From contig CAZSPC010000002.1 of the NCBI GenBank assembly GCA_964608745.1, positions 1 to 54,454 of the forward strand: 54,454 nt of DNA, read 5' to 3'. Below are positions 36,759 through 46,497 of this stretch, one piece after another (position 1 is the first letter of the stretch; each line of letters opens with the position of its first letter). Origin of the DNA: an uncultured Candidatus Saccharibacteria bacterium. Its GTDB lineage: Bacteria; Patescibacteriota; Minisyncoccia; Phycocordibacterales; UBA12079. The notes under the pieces were generated by a model that saw only the letters and a list, made by a program, of their open reading frames with translations, was not told the origin of the DNA and searched no databases. The position numbers and the translations under genes are program-made.

Positions 36759-37184
36759 ATGATTATAAAAAGATTAACAATTGCTGATATAGAATATGTT
36801 GCTTATAGGTTAGCACAGGAGACAATGAGTTGGGATGAGCCAATTCCTGATTTCAGTACTAGATATACAAATTCTTTAGAACGTTCAATAGAACAACCTT
36901 TTCAGACATTTGGTGGAAAACAATTGTATCCTGGTCTTGTAAAAAAAGCGTCGATCTTATTTTATTTGATGGTAAAAAACCATCCCTTTCAGAATGGAAA
37001 TAAAAGGATTGCAATGACAACATTATTATATTTTTTGATGAGAAATAAAAAATGGATTAAAGTTGATAGTCAAGAATTATACAATTTTGCTAGATGGGTT
37101 GCTGAAAGTAATTCAAAATTAAAAACTGATACTGTTAATGCCATAGAAACTTTTTTAAAAACTTATATTGTGGATTTTAAATAA
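36759..37184 (+). CDS. Doc (death-on-curing) / Fic-family toxin
   Basis: Motif HPFQNGNKRIAMT in a 141-aa protein. Confidence 0.8.
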   Translation: MIIKRLTIADIEYVAYRLAQETMSWDEPIPDFSTRYTNSLERSIEQPFQTFGGKQLYPGLVKKASILFYLMVKNHPFQNGNKRIAMTTLLYFLMRNKKWIKVDSQELYNFARWVAESNSKLKTDTVNAIETFLKTYIVDFK

Positions 37185-37185
37185 A

Positions 37186-38436
37186 ATGTTATTTAATTCT
37201 CTCAGAGTTGGACACTTCCTCGCCCTAAGATATTTAAAAGGAAGTAATTACGGAGCAAGTGTTCTAATTATTTTTATAATGCTCCTTATATTTCTGAATC
37301 TCACCAGTATTCGGGGTGTTTTGATTGGTCTTCCGGAAGGAGCAAGAACTGCTTATAAAAATCAGTATGCTGGTGACGTAATTATAAAAACCCAACCAAA
37401 TAAGAGATATATTGAGAAGTCGTCACAGATTGAAAAGCTTGTTGAGAATATTGATGGTTATATAAATCATTCTAGTAGGTATATTGGAGGTGGAGTTGTC
37501 GAAGCAAATTACAAAGACAGCAGAAAACAAACTGAAATTGCTGACAAAACTTCTGCTCAAATAACAGGAATCATTCCTTCTGTTGAGAGTGGTGTAACTA
37601 ATTTACCAAGTTATTTAGCGGAGGGCGAATATTTATTTGATGACGATTATGGAAAAATTATGCTTAGTCATCGTTTGTTGGATAGATATACAATAGGTGG
37701 AATTGTGGGAGATGAATCGTTGGCCAATGTTTATCCTGGAGATAAAGTGAGAATTACAATTGGTGATTTTCAAAAAGAGTATACTGTAAAAGGTATTCTT
37801 GAAAGTAAAGTGGGGGAGAATTCAAGAAGAGTGTTTATGGTTGAAGGTGAATTGAGAAAGCTGTTAGGACGATTTGATTATAATGTAAACGAAATTGCTA
37901 TAAATATTTCTGCTGACACAACGCCAGATAAGTTTAGAGATTCATTAAAAATCTTAGATGTGTCTGATTACGCAGTTGTTCAAACGGCGGATGAATCACA
38001 AGGTCAATTTCTGACAGATATTCAGGATACTTTTGCTATTTTGGGGACTGTTACCGGCCTGACAGGGATTGTTGTTGCTTCGATTACAGTCTTTATTGTT
38101 ATTTTTGTATTTGCTATTTCCAGGCAAAAACAAATTGGTATTTTGAAAGGAATTGGTATTAGTAATTTAGCGATTGAAACTTCTTATGTTTTTTTGGCTG
38201 TTTTCTATGCGGTTATTGGGGTTGGCTTGGGGATGATATTACTTTATTTTTATATTAAACCTTATATAGATGTTCATCCGATAAACTTTCCGTTCAGCGA
38301 TGGTATTTTGGTAGCACCACTAATCGATACTGGAATTGGTGTTTTGGCCATATTTGTTTCGACAGTTGTGGCGGGATATATTCCAGCACGACTGATAGTA
38401 AGTAAGAATACTATTAACTCGATACTAGGACGCTAG
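37186..38436 (+). CDS. FtsX-like ABC transporter permease (MacB/LolC-type)
   Basis: N-terminal TM helix, a large periplasmic domain, and three C-terminal TM helices with QIGILKGIGISN. Confidence 0.8.
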   Translation: MLFNSLRVGHFLALRYLKGSNYGASVLIIFIMLLIFLNLTSIRGVLIGLPEGARTAYKNQYAGDVIIKTQPNKRYIEKSSQIEKLVENIDGYINHSSRYIGGGVVEANYKDSRKQTEIADKTSAQITGIIPSVESGVTNLPSYLAEGEYLFDDDYGKIMLSHRLLDRYTIGGIVGDESLANVYPGDKVRITIGDFQKEYTVKGILESKVGENSRRVFMVEGELRKLLGRFDYNVNEIAINISADTTPDKFRDSLKILDVSDYAVVQTADESQGQFLTDIQDTFAILGTVTGLTGIVVASITVFIVIFVFAISRQKQIGILKGIGISNLAIETSYVFLAVFYAVIGVGLGMILLYFYIKPYIDVHPINFPFSDGILVAPLIDTGIGVLAIFVSTVVAGYIPARLIVSKNTINSILGR

Positions 38437-38511
38437 CCTAAGTCTTTGCGAGCTGTAAGGCAAAGCAATCTAGTCGTTGGCTTGCCTTGGCAAGCATAAA
38501 ATTTTAAAAAC

Positions 38512-39183
38512 ATGTATTTACTTGAAACCAAGAAGTTAACTAAACAATATAAACTCGGCAAAACTATTGTTAAAGCAGTAGACGAGGTTTCTTTTAATGT
38601 GAATGTAGGCGAATTTATTTTGGTGAAAGGTCGGTCAGGATCGGGCAAGAGTACGCTTTTGTATCAACTAAGTCTTTTGGACAAGCCTACTTTTGGTAAT
38701 GTTCTGGTGAACAATCGAAAGGCTTCTCAGTTTTCAGACAGGGAAAGAACTGCAACCAGACTTTCTACTTTTGGTTATGTTTTTCAAGATTATGCATTGA
38801 TTCCAGAATTAACTGCACTTGAAAATGTAATGATACCTTTGTTAATGCAAGGTTGTGATTTTGGTTCTTGTCAGAAAAAGGGAATTGAAAAATTGAAAAT
38901 GGTTGGTCTGGAGGATAGATTAAGCAACAAGCCATCACAGCTATCTGGCGGGGAACAGCAAAGGGTTTCGATTGCAAGGGCTCTGGTGAATGATCCAGAA
39001 ATTATTTTTGCTGACGAGCCAACGGCCAATCTAGATAGCGTAACGGCAAAAATTGTTATGGATATTTTTCTTGATATTCATAAAAAAGGAAAACAAACAA
39101 TAATAATGGTCACTCACGAAAATGGATATGATAAAAAAGTTGATAGGATAATTGAAATGGAGGATGGGAAGATAAAAAACTAA
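38512..39183 (+). CDS. ABC transporter ATP-binding protein (MacB/LolD-type)
   Basis: [32 protein letters not shown] and VTHE. Confidence 0.9.
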   Translation: MYLLETKKLTKQYKLGKTIVKAVDEVSFNVNVGEFILVKGRSGSGKSTLLYQLSLLDKPTFGNVLVNNRKASQFSDRERTATRLSTFGYVFQDYALIPELTALENVMIPLLMQGCDFGSCQKKGIEKLKMVGLEDRLSNKPSQLSGGEQQRVSIARALVNDPEIIFADEPTANLDSVTAKIVMDIFLDIHKKGKQTIIMVTHENGYDKKVDRIIEMEDGKIKN

Positions 39184-39264
39184 AAATTAATACCTTTGGG
39201 GGTAACACATAAGTATGCCCAATACTTTTTACTGAATCGTTGTTAATGTTATAATACACAAACA

Positions 39265-40611
39265 ATGAAAACTTTAAAGATATTTATTTTCATATTTTCC
39301 TTGTTTATGGTAGGGGAAGTTTTTGCGTTGGACTTATTTCATACAGAGCAAGGTGTTTGGCGCGCAAAGGTTGTCGAAATTACAGAAACCAAACAAATAA
39401 ACATTCCAGGAACTGATGCAAAAACTGATGTGCAAACTCTAAACATTCGTTTATTAGAAGGTGAGAGAAAGGGGGAAATTTTAAGACTTGAAAATGATTA
39501 TATTCAATTAAAAGAGGGCGATAAATTTTATTTAAATTATCTTTTTACCGATCAAGGTGATGAAATTTTTTCTGTTTTGGAAGTTGATCGACGAGACAAG
39601 ATGTTTATTCTTTTTGCTTTATTTGTTGTTACAATTTTAATTTTTGGAGGTTGGCAAGGATTTCGCTCTTTGCTTTCTTTGGCGGGAAGTTTTTTGGTGA
39701 TTGGGTATATTTTGTTACCTCAAATAGTTGCCGGCATTTCTCCTGTTTTGATTAGTATTATAGTGGCCAGTGCTATTTTGTTTTTTGCAATATTTTTTAC
39801 TCACGGTTTTAATAAAAGGTCGCTAATTGCCTATGTAGGAACGATACTTTCGGTTATTTTGACCGGTGTGTTAGCTTATCTGTTTATTGATTTGACATCT
39901 CTTAGTGGTTTTACTTCTGATGAAAGCATTTATCTTGATTTTAATACTGGGGGAACGCTAGATTTTTCAGGATTACTTCTGGCTGCAATTATTATTGGTG
40001 CGTTGGGTGTGTTGGATGATATTGCTATAACTCAGGTTGCTGTTGTACGAGAATTATTTGGTAGTAACAATAAGATAAGTAGTCGGGAAGTTTACCACAA
40101 AGCAATGCGAGTTGGTAGGGAACATGTTGGTGCTTTGGTGAATACTTTGGTTTTGGCTTATACTGGAGCAGCACTACCTCTACTCTTACTTTTTTCAGTT
40201 TCAGACAGTGGTGTTTTATCAATAATCAATCGAGAGATTTTTGCTACTGAAATAGTTCGTACACTGGCTGGTAGTATTGGTTTAATTTTCGCTGTGCCGA
40301 TTACGACATTGTTGGCAGTTTTTGTTTTGAAAGAATGTCGAGAAAATTTAAAAGAAAAAGAAATTGGAAAAGTTTGTGGGTGTGTGAGTGAAAAATTAAA
40401 CAGAAAAGAAAAAGAAGCGAATATAAATGAACAAATTCTAAATTTACTGAAAGAAAAAGAAAAAATTACTAACAACGATATTGAAAAACTTCTTGGTGTT
40501 GCAGATAGTACGGCAACCAAATATCTTCAAAGATTGGAAGATAAAGGAAAAATTAAACAAATAGGCACAACAGGTCGTTCTGTATACTATTGTTTATCTA
40601 ATAAAGTGTAG
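39265..40611 (+). CDS. YibE/F-family membrane protein fused to a C-terminal winged-helix domain
   Basis: Signal/TM segment, a beta-rich N-domain, and the YibE/F core with GVLDDIAITQVAVVREL. The tail is ITNNDIEKLLGVADSTATKYLQRLEDKGKIKQIG. Confidence 0.7.
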   Translation: MKTLKIFIFIFSLFMVGEVFALDLFHTEQGVWRAKVVEITETKQINIPGTDAKTDVQTLNIRLLEGERKGEILRLENDYIQLKEGDKFYLNYLFTDQGDEIFSVLEVDRRDKMFILFALFVVTILIFGGWQGFRSLLSLAGSFLVIGYILLPQIVAGISPVLISIIVASAILFFAIFFTHGFNKRSLIAYVGTILSVILTGVLAYLFIDLTSLSGFTSDESIYLDFNTGGTLDFSGLLLAAIIIGALGVLDDIAITQVAVVRELFGSNNKISSREVYHKAMRVGREHVGALVNTLVLAYTGAALPLLLLFSVSDSGVLSIINREIFATEIVRTLAGSIGLIFAVPITTLLAVFVLKECRENLKEKEIGKVCGCVSEKLNRKEKEANINEQILNLLKEKEKITNNDIEKLLGVADSTATKYLQRLEDKGKIKQIGTTGRSVYYCLSNKV

Positions 40612-40788
40612 CTATTATTTTACGGCTTAACAAAGCCCCCACACCTTCCATATCATCGTCTTTCAGACAACGCACAGTTAATCAAATTTTTAATATTTAT
40701 ATTAATGATATGAAAGGTGTTGGGGTAAACCACAAAAAACGCTAAACGGCTACGATTTTAAATCGTAGCCGTTGGGGTTTTGAGTTGA

Positions 40789-40881
40789 TTACAACATTGT
40801 TCTCATAATTGTCTGGAATAAATCCCAGTCATTGATGCTTAGTATGTGATATTTTAAAAAAACTTTTTCTGTGTCACTCAT
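40789..40881 (-). CDS. 30-aa ORF (MSDTEKVFLKYHILSINDWDLFQTIMRTML)
   Basis: Strong SD aaaggaggttacaATG. A downstream stem aacggctacgattt/aaatcgtagccgtt is followed by a T-run. Confidence 0.4.
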   Translation of the reverse strand: MSDTEKVFLKYHILSINDWDLFQTIMRTML

Positions 40882-41427
40882 TGTAACCTCCTTTTAGTTG
40901 AATTAAATAACTCTGAGTTACAAAACTATTCATACTGCTTTAAATTTTTCTTCTGTTTTTTAAGGAAAAATTTAAAGTGTCACGAGAATTTTCTGAAGTT
41001 TTTAGAAACAAAGATGAAAATTTCAGGAAATTCGTAGTAGAAGAGAGTTTTGTAATTTAGAGTAAATAAAGAACAAAAAACCCCATCTCTTCGAGGGTTT
41101 ACAAAAAATATGTACTACTCTCATTCCTCGAAGAGTTATTAATACTATCTATAATTAAGCGACCTGGCTTATTCTCTTAATGAGACATTACAGTTGCGGG
41201 TCAGCCGAGGATTCTCACCTCGTTCGTTAACTATAAATATTTATGGATTTTTACTGAGTTTATTATAGCATAGAAAATAAATAAAACCCCAATACTCAGC
41301 CGTGTTGGGATTTAACTTATTCTAGCTCCGCCTGGTAGATGAAGTTAGAATCTATGTTATGTTGAATAGAGAATAAGAAAACCCGCTCAACGAGAACGGG
41401 AGTTCTTGTTGGCGGAAGTTGTAATAT

Positions 41428-41760
41428 CTAAAATTGACATCTTTTCATCAAAAGACTTAATTTATCTTCGTAGGGAGCAACAAAGTCCATCCATGAGATT
41501 TTATTTTCTAGTTTTCCTTTGAAGTTTGCAAAAACTTTTAACGAACCATTGTCCCAAGATTTTTCACAAAGAAGACAGTCGGGACATGCATATACGGCAG
41601 AACCATGATAAGTGTTGTCTTCTTCATGCACCCATAGAGAATTTTCGTGGTTACATTCTAATCGTAATTCCCAAATTCTCTTTTTTGCTTTTTTTGTTTC
41701 TGCTTCTGCTTTAAATATTTTTTCTCTTTCTGTTTGTATCTTTTTTAGTAAGTCTTTCAT
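41428..41760 (-). CDS. Hypothetical protein with Cys/His clusters
   Basis: 110-aa ORF containing ECNHEN...ACPDCLLCEK. Confidence 0.5.
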   Translation of the reverse strand: MKDLLKKIQTEREKIFKAEAETKKAKKRIWELRLECNHENSLWVHEEDNTYHGSAVYACPDCLLCEKSWDNGSLKVFANFKGKLENKISWMDFVAPYEDKLSLLMKRCQF

Positions 41761-41896
41761 TGATCCATCTCCATCTTTGTTTGAAAGTTAAGTATTTAAT
41801 TTCTACCCAAAATATACACAAACCAACTAACTTTGTAAAGCAAAAAACGCCCCATCCTCTCGGAGGTGTCTAAAATATGGCTCAACGAAGTCGTTT

Positions 41897-42145
41897 GCTC
41901 CGGCGGTAGGACTCCTCGTCCCGCAGTTACTAAGTAAATTTTTCGTGCTTCGCATTCAAAAATAGTAAGTACTGCTGGACGCGGCGCGGCGACAAGCCTA
42001 AATTTTTTCTCCGCTACGCTACGAAAAAATTTATCTTGTATCATACTGCTCGCTAAAGCAAGTGCCTTGCGCCGTTCGAGTCCTGCCCCGAAGGAAAACA
42101 ATAAAGTCCCAATATTTCATATTGGGACTTAATTGTTTTTGCTCC
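41897..42145 (-). repeat. Orphan copy of the tRNA-Asn-linked structured unit plus its hairpin
   Basis: It begins gctccggcggtaggactc, which matches the tRNA-Asn 3' end at 17/18 positions. It is collinear with 46498-46767, including the hairpin aaaacaataaagtcccaatat/atattgggacttaattgtttt. Confidence 0.8.
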
Positions 42146-42250
42146 CTATAGTAGACAAGTTCAGAACACTAAACTGGAAGAAAATTAAAAGAGAATTAGA
42201 GTTTTCGGGTATTTTTGAGTTACTTGCGAAAGAGGAGTTTCAGAACTAAT

Positions 42251-42790
42251 TTATAAAGTTTTTAAGTATTCTTCAAAAAATGCTTTATCTCTGATTATAT
42301 TAAATGCAGTGTTGTAAAATTCAACCTCTCCATTTTTAACTTTTTGCTCTTGTTCTTCTAAAATTTTTAGAATTTCATCTTTATCAAACCAAACTACATT
42401 TAGCTCGTTTTTCTTTTCGTCTTCTGTTCTCGTGTCTTCGTTTGCTTTTTTAATTGTTTTCACAAGAAAACAAACTGTTTCGTATTCTTTTTTGCTTCTG
42501 TTTCTGAATTCGTGAATTCTACCAACTTCTTTTATCACTTCAACTTCAAAATTAACTTCTTCATCACACTCTCTGATAACTTCTTTTTCTAAATCTTCGC
42601 TTTCTGCACCGCCTCCAGCAAGTAAATAGAAATTGTGAACAGGGTTAGTAACAAAACCAAATTTACCCTCGCCATTTTGAACGATTGCTTTCACAGTAAC
42701 TCTTTTTTCAAAACTCTCTGGAGTTTCAAATTCTGGATTTTTGAAGATATCTTTGTCTTCTAGTGTTGTTATATATTTCACAGAAAACAT
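42251..42790 (-). CDS. Nudix hydrolase
   Basis: Nudix box GGGAESEDLEKEVIRECDEEVNF. Confidence 0.85.
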   Translation of the reverse strand: MFSVKYITTLEDKDIFKNPEFETPESFEKRVTVKAIVQNGEGKFGFVTNPVHNFYLLAGGGAESEDLEKEVIRECDEEVNFEVEVIKEVGRIHEFRNRSKKEYETVCFLVKTIKKANEDTRTEDEKKNELNVVWFDKDEILKILEEQEQKVKNGEVEFYNTAFNIIRDKAFFEEYLKTL

Positions 42791-42847
42791 TGTAACAAAA
42801 AACAGGTGTTTAGGTAATATGTCTACCTAAACACCTGTTATAGAGAT

Positions 42848-43486
42848 TTATATTTCAAACTTAATCCTCGGTAATGGTTTATCTAAAATTATTTCGTCCT
42901 TAATTATATCCATTACAGAAACGTAACAATTCGGAGGGTTTGCTAAATAGCGAAAATCTTCATCGCTTATATTTAACAAAGATTTCGCTATAACTCTTAA
43001 AGCAAATCCGTGGGTAAAAATAATTACACACTCAGGATAGTTTGGTTCTTTTCCTTCGGATAGAGTTTTTTGAGCAAAGAGATGAATTTTTTGAACAAAC
43101 TCGGACGAGTTGTCTCCGTTAGGGAACTTGTAAAACAAAACACCTGCACGGTAACGCTCTTGCTCAATTTCTTTAAGGTTGTCCTTGTTGGTATCACCCC
43201 AGTTCAGGTTTCGGATAGACCTTTCATTTTGGATTTCAAACCTTATAGAGTTAAACAATGAGCAAAAAAGCTGTGTTGTTTGTAATACTCTGTAAGTCAA
43301 AGATGTAAAGACTTTTACATCTTCATAGTCCGAAATCAAAGGTTCTATTTTTTCGGCTAGTTCATAAACTTGCCTTTTGCCAAGTTTCGTTATTGGTACA
43401 GTCTCGTTTTTATACTTGTTTTTGATGTTTGGGTTGATATCCTCTTTAGATTGAGCGTGCCTAATTAAAATAATTCTTTTAAGCAT
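42848..43486 (-). CDS. Histidine phosphatase (PGAM-like) family protein
   Basis: ILIRHAQS (RHG-type motif) and IIFTHGFALRV. Confidence 0.8.
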   Translation of the reverse strand: MLKRIILIRHAQSKEDINPNIKNKYKNETVPITKLGKRQVYELAEKIEPLISDYEDVKVFTSLTYRVLQTTQLFCSLFNSIRFEIQNERSIRNLNWGDTNKDNLKEIEQERYRAGVLFYKFPNGDNSSEFVQKIHLFAQKTLSEGKEPNYPECVIIFTHGFALRVIAKSLLNISDEDFRYLANPPNCYVSVMDIIKDEIILDKPLPRIKFEI

Positions 43487-43496
43487 TTCTCTGCTC

Positions 43497-44510
43497 CTAC
43501 TTTTTATTACTTATGTAGTTGTGGACCGCATAAGTAAAGGTTTTCTCAAGGTTTGGTTTTTCAAATACTTTTTTCCAACAGTCCTTATCTTCTGTGAAGA
43601 AAAGGGATGATTTCTCTAGTGCGTATTGACCAAAGCTAACAAATTGAAATTCTAAAAGATAGAATTCGTTTTGTTTATTTGCGATGTCAAAAGACGCAAA
43701 AGGGACATTGAAGAATTTAAAAACCGCTTTAGCGTAATCTAGTAGTTCAGTTGGTGGCTCTTTTACGAACTCTAGCAAACCACTACCGCTGGCTCGGAAA
43801 TCATTATTTCTGTTTCGTCTTTTCAAGACATAATACTTGTTATCGTAAACTAGTACCTTGTAATCGAAAGACAGTCCAGAGATAAAGTTTTGAGTTATAA
43901 ATTTTTTTCTAAAGTTTGATATTGGCTTATATCCTTTACCACTTATCAAACCACCTAAAAATCTCCTAAGGTTGATGAGTGAAAAAGTGTAAGAAATGAG
44001 ACCTGCCGAAAAAGTAGATTTCTTTTTTGACTGGCTGAAAAATACACCCCTACTCCTTGAGCCAGCACTCTGTTTAAGAACTACAGGTTCATTTTCTGCT
44101 TGCTCTTTAAATTCTTCCAAAACCCCAAACTTTTTTGTTTGTATGTTTTGAATAGGGTTAAAGCTAGATATATCCCTAAGTATTTCCATAAACACCTTGT
44201 TGTGATGAGCTCTAAACCTGGAAAAGTCAGGGATAAGGATTGCTCCTGCTAGTTGTAAACCAAGAAGAATATCCTCTATATAGTCTTTATAACTTAACTC
44301 AGGGTCTTCTGATGATTGGTACAATACAAAAGAATTTTTGTATTTTGATGACATAAAATCAACTTCCGAAAATTTTTCTATAAAGACTACATATCCTAAA
44401 AACTCAAACAGACTTTTTATTGCTAAAAAGTCCATACTTCCCGCAACTTCTTTTGTTGAAGAATAAAAAGTATTCCTATAATCAATCAAAAGAAAAATTG
44501 TTTTCTTCAT
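43497..44510 (-). CDS. ATP-grasp ligase (RimK-like)
   Basis: VVLKQSAGSRSRGVF, DYKVLVYDNKYYVLKRRNRNNDFRASGSG and FDIANKQNEFYLLEFQ. Confidence 0.7.
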   Translation of the reverse strand: MKKTIFLLIDYRNTFYSSTKEVAGSMDFLAIKSLFEFLGYVVFIEKFSEVDFMSSKYKNSFVLYQSSEDPELSYKDYIEDILLGLQLAGAILIPDFSRFRAHHNKVFMEILRDISSFNPIQNIQTKKFGVLEEFKEQAENEPVVLKQSAGSRSRGVFFSQSKKKSTFSAGLISYTFSLINLRRFLGGLISGKGYKPISNFRKKFITQNFISGLSFDYKVLVYDNKYYVLKRRNRNNDFRASGSGLLEFVKEPPTELLDYAKAVFKFFNVPFASFDIANKQNEFYLLEFQFVSFGQYALEKSSLFFTEDKDCWKKVFEKPNLEKTFTYAVHNYISNKK

Positions 44511-44758
44511 CTAAAACCTCCATATATATAACTTATTGTAATGTTCTGTTCAATTTCCTGGCAAAAACATACCATACAGATAATACAGTAGTCAACGGTA
44601 TTTGTTTAAAATTGGAAGAAAATTAAGTCTGAATTGGAGTATAGTGGTATTTTAAAGACGTTGGAAAACCAGAGACTTCAGAACTTTTGTTAGTTCTTTT
44701 AATAAATTATATTATTGAGTTTATCTAAGGTTACCCCAAAGAGTAACCTTTTAGGTGG

Positions 44759-44890
44759 TTAGTAATAAATCTTACGAACCTCTCTAGTCGTAGTAGCGGG
44801 ATGTCTTTCAGCATACGCTTTAGTTACAATCCTACCAGTCCGACTATCACGATAAATAACTATCGTCCTAAATCGCTTAGTTTTAATCAT
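44759..44890 (-). CDS. 43-aa basic ORF (MIKTKRFRTIVIYRDSRTGRIVTKAYAERHPATTTREVRKIYY)
   Basis: Translated by hand from an ORF below the track cutoff. A hairpin aaggttac/gtaacctt follows it. No SD was seen. Confidence 0.35.
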   Translation of the reverse strand: MIKTKRFRTIVIYRDSRTGRIVTKAYAERHPATTTREVRKIYY

Positions 44891-45115
44891 AGCGTTTATG
44901 AATTAACTAATAATACCACTACTTTTTCGGTAGTGTGCTGAAGCTACAAAAGTAGGACACCGTTTCTCTTGAGATAACCTTAGATAAATTCAAAGAGCAT
45001 CTTTCTTATCTTTATATTGAATTATATTGTATTGTAAAGTAAAGTAAATAAGAACAAAAAGTTATCTACATCAAAAAATTGATATGTAAAGCATTGTCAA
45101 GTATAATTATTAACA

Positions 45116-45355
45116 ATGAATAAATATAAAATATGTTCATATCCGTTACAAGATGGTCGTTGGGGACCTGCTTTTAAAAAACCCGTTGTCTCAGATGGAA
45201 AATCTGCAACATTTTCAAGCCCTACTGAGTTTGGTATCTACTTTAAAACAAAAGAAGAGGCGGATGAGTATGTGATTTTTTATTTAAAAGAAAATGGAAT
45301 AAATGAAATTGATATTTCTGATGAAAAAGAAAATAACGGCGATTATGAATTATAA
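45116..45355 (+). CDS. Small hypothetical protein
   Basis: 79-aa ORF with a TATAAT-like box about 15 nt upstream. Confidence 0.45.
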   Translation: MNKYKICSYPLQDGRWGPAFKKPVVSDGKSATFSSPTEFGIYFKTKEEADEYVIFYLKENGINEIDISDEKENNGDYEL

Positions 45356-45362
45356 TAAAAAT

Positions 45363-45539
45363 ATGGAAAGAGAATTTTATACAGCTGAGGAATTGGCTGA
45401 AAAACTACGAGTAAACATTATGACGATTTATCGTTATATAAAGGCAGGAAAACTAAAAGCTTACAAATTGGGTAAGGAGTTTAGGATCGGTAAAAAAGAA
45501 TTTAATAGTTTTTTAAAAAAATCAAAAATTATTAATTAA
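45363..45539 (+). CDS. Excisionase-family HTH DNA-binding protein
   Basis: YTAEELAEKLRVNIMTIYRYIKAGKLKAYKLGKEFRI. Confidence 0.7.
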   Translation: MEREFYTAEELAEKLRVNIMTIYRYIKAGKLKAYKLGKEFRIGKKEFNSFLKKSKIIN

Positions 45540-45558
45540 TTAATTAATTAAAAATAAT

Positions 45559-46359
45559 ATGAAAAATTTTTTAGATACAAGAAACACAATAATACTAATA
45601 TTGGTTGTTGTTGTGGTAGTTCTTATCACTTCCTATTTGAAAAACAATACGAATAATAGTGATAATAGCCTTTCTGGTATAGAAAGTAATCTTGTTAAGC
45701 TTAATAAGGATATGGAATTTTATAAATACTTGAGTATTTATAAAAGTTTGTTAGATGACGAAGAAAGTAAGTTGGTTGATGAAAGGTCTTCAAAAATAAA
45801 TGAGGAGCTTGCAGATGAAGACTCTAAAATAGTAGAAGCACTGACTCTTTTTATTGTGAATGAAATTATGAAAGACGAGAATTCAAAAAAAATAATACTT
45901 GATTTAAAAGACAAAGTAGATGATTTGGTAAAAAAATCAGAGATTGACGAAAGTGTTTTATTTACCAAAAACACAGAGTGTGCAAAATTTTCTTCTGACA
46001 TAAAGGAAGAATTATCAAAAAAATATAAATCAACATCAACAGTTACAGAAACAGAGGAATTAAATTTTATTTTTTATAGTCCCGAATTAAATACCTGTCT
46101 TTACTCTACTAGTTATAATTACGATTATTCTAATTATTCCAATAGAGAAAACCCCTATTATTCAAAAGATAGTTATAGAGTTTACGAGGTATCTTCAAGT
46201 AACCCAATACAAAAATATCCAAGTTATTATTATAAATATCCTTATTTAAGTGAAGACGAAGCTGATAAGTCTGCTGAAAATGGCTTAATTGGATATAAGA
46301 AATTTATTCTTGAGAATTCTGGCTATAACGCTAAATTATTAAAAGACATAAATTATTAA
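45559..46359 (+). CDS. Membrane-anchored protein with an acidic coiled region and a Tyr-rich C-terminus
   Basis: TM helix ILILVVVVVVLITSYL. Function unknown. Confidence 0.55.
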   Translation: MKNFLDTRNTIILILVVVVVVLITSYLKNNTNNSDNSLSGIESNLVKLNKDMEFYKYLSIYKSLLDDEESKLVDERSSKINEELADEDSKIVEALTLFIVNEIMKDENSKKIILDLKDKVDDLVKKSEIDESVLFTKNTECAKFSSDIKEELSKKYKSTSTVTETEELNFIFYSPELNTCLYSTSYNYDYSNYSNRENPYYSKDSYRVYEVSSSNPIQKYPSYYYKYPYLSEDEADKSAENGLIGYKKFILENSGYNAKLLKDINY

Positions 46360-46368
46360 AAGTAATTT

Positions 46369-46455
46369 ATGAAAGCGGTAATCTTAGCTAGAGTATCAAC
46401 AGAAGGGCAAAGAGAGGCAGGAAACTCACTTCCTGCTCAGCCTGAACACAAATGA
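46369..46455 (+). pseudogene. 5' fragment of a serine recombinase gene
   Basis: MKAVILARVSTEGQREAGNSLPAQ matches the catalytic N-terminus (RVST..Q...SL..Q). The frame stops after 28 codons, where the tRNA-linked repeats begin. Confidence 0.7.
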
Positions 46456-46497
46456 GTTAAAAAATAAAGGTAAGTGTATCCTGCGGATTCTGTTGAA

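Noticed and set aside
41160-41235. A T-arm-like hairpin CGAGG-ATTCTCA-CCTCG with neighbouring small stems, considered as a possible tRNA.
   Set aside because: No acceptor stem pairing or anticodon arm could be built on either strand, and the T-loop sequence is non-canonical.
41796-42101. 101-aa minus-strand ORF.
   Set aside because: It lies entirely within repeat unit A (tRNA-like ends and hairpins). A near-duplicate of the DNA at 46498-46767 does not preserve the frame.
45531-45552. The (TTAA/TAAT)n run after the excisionase-like gene.
   Set aside because: It is a short AT microsatellite that provides stops in all frames. Nothing indicates a function beyond that.
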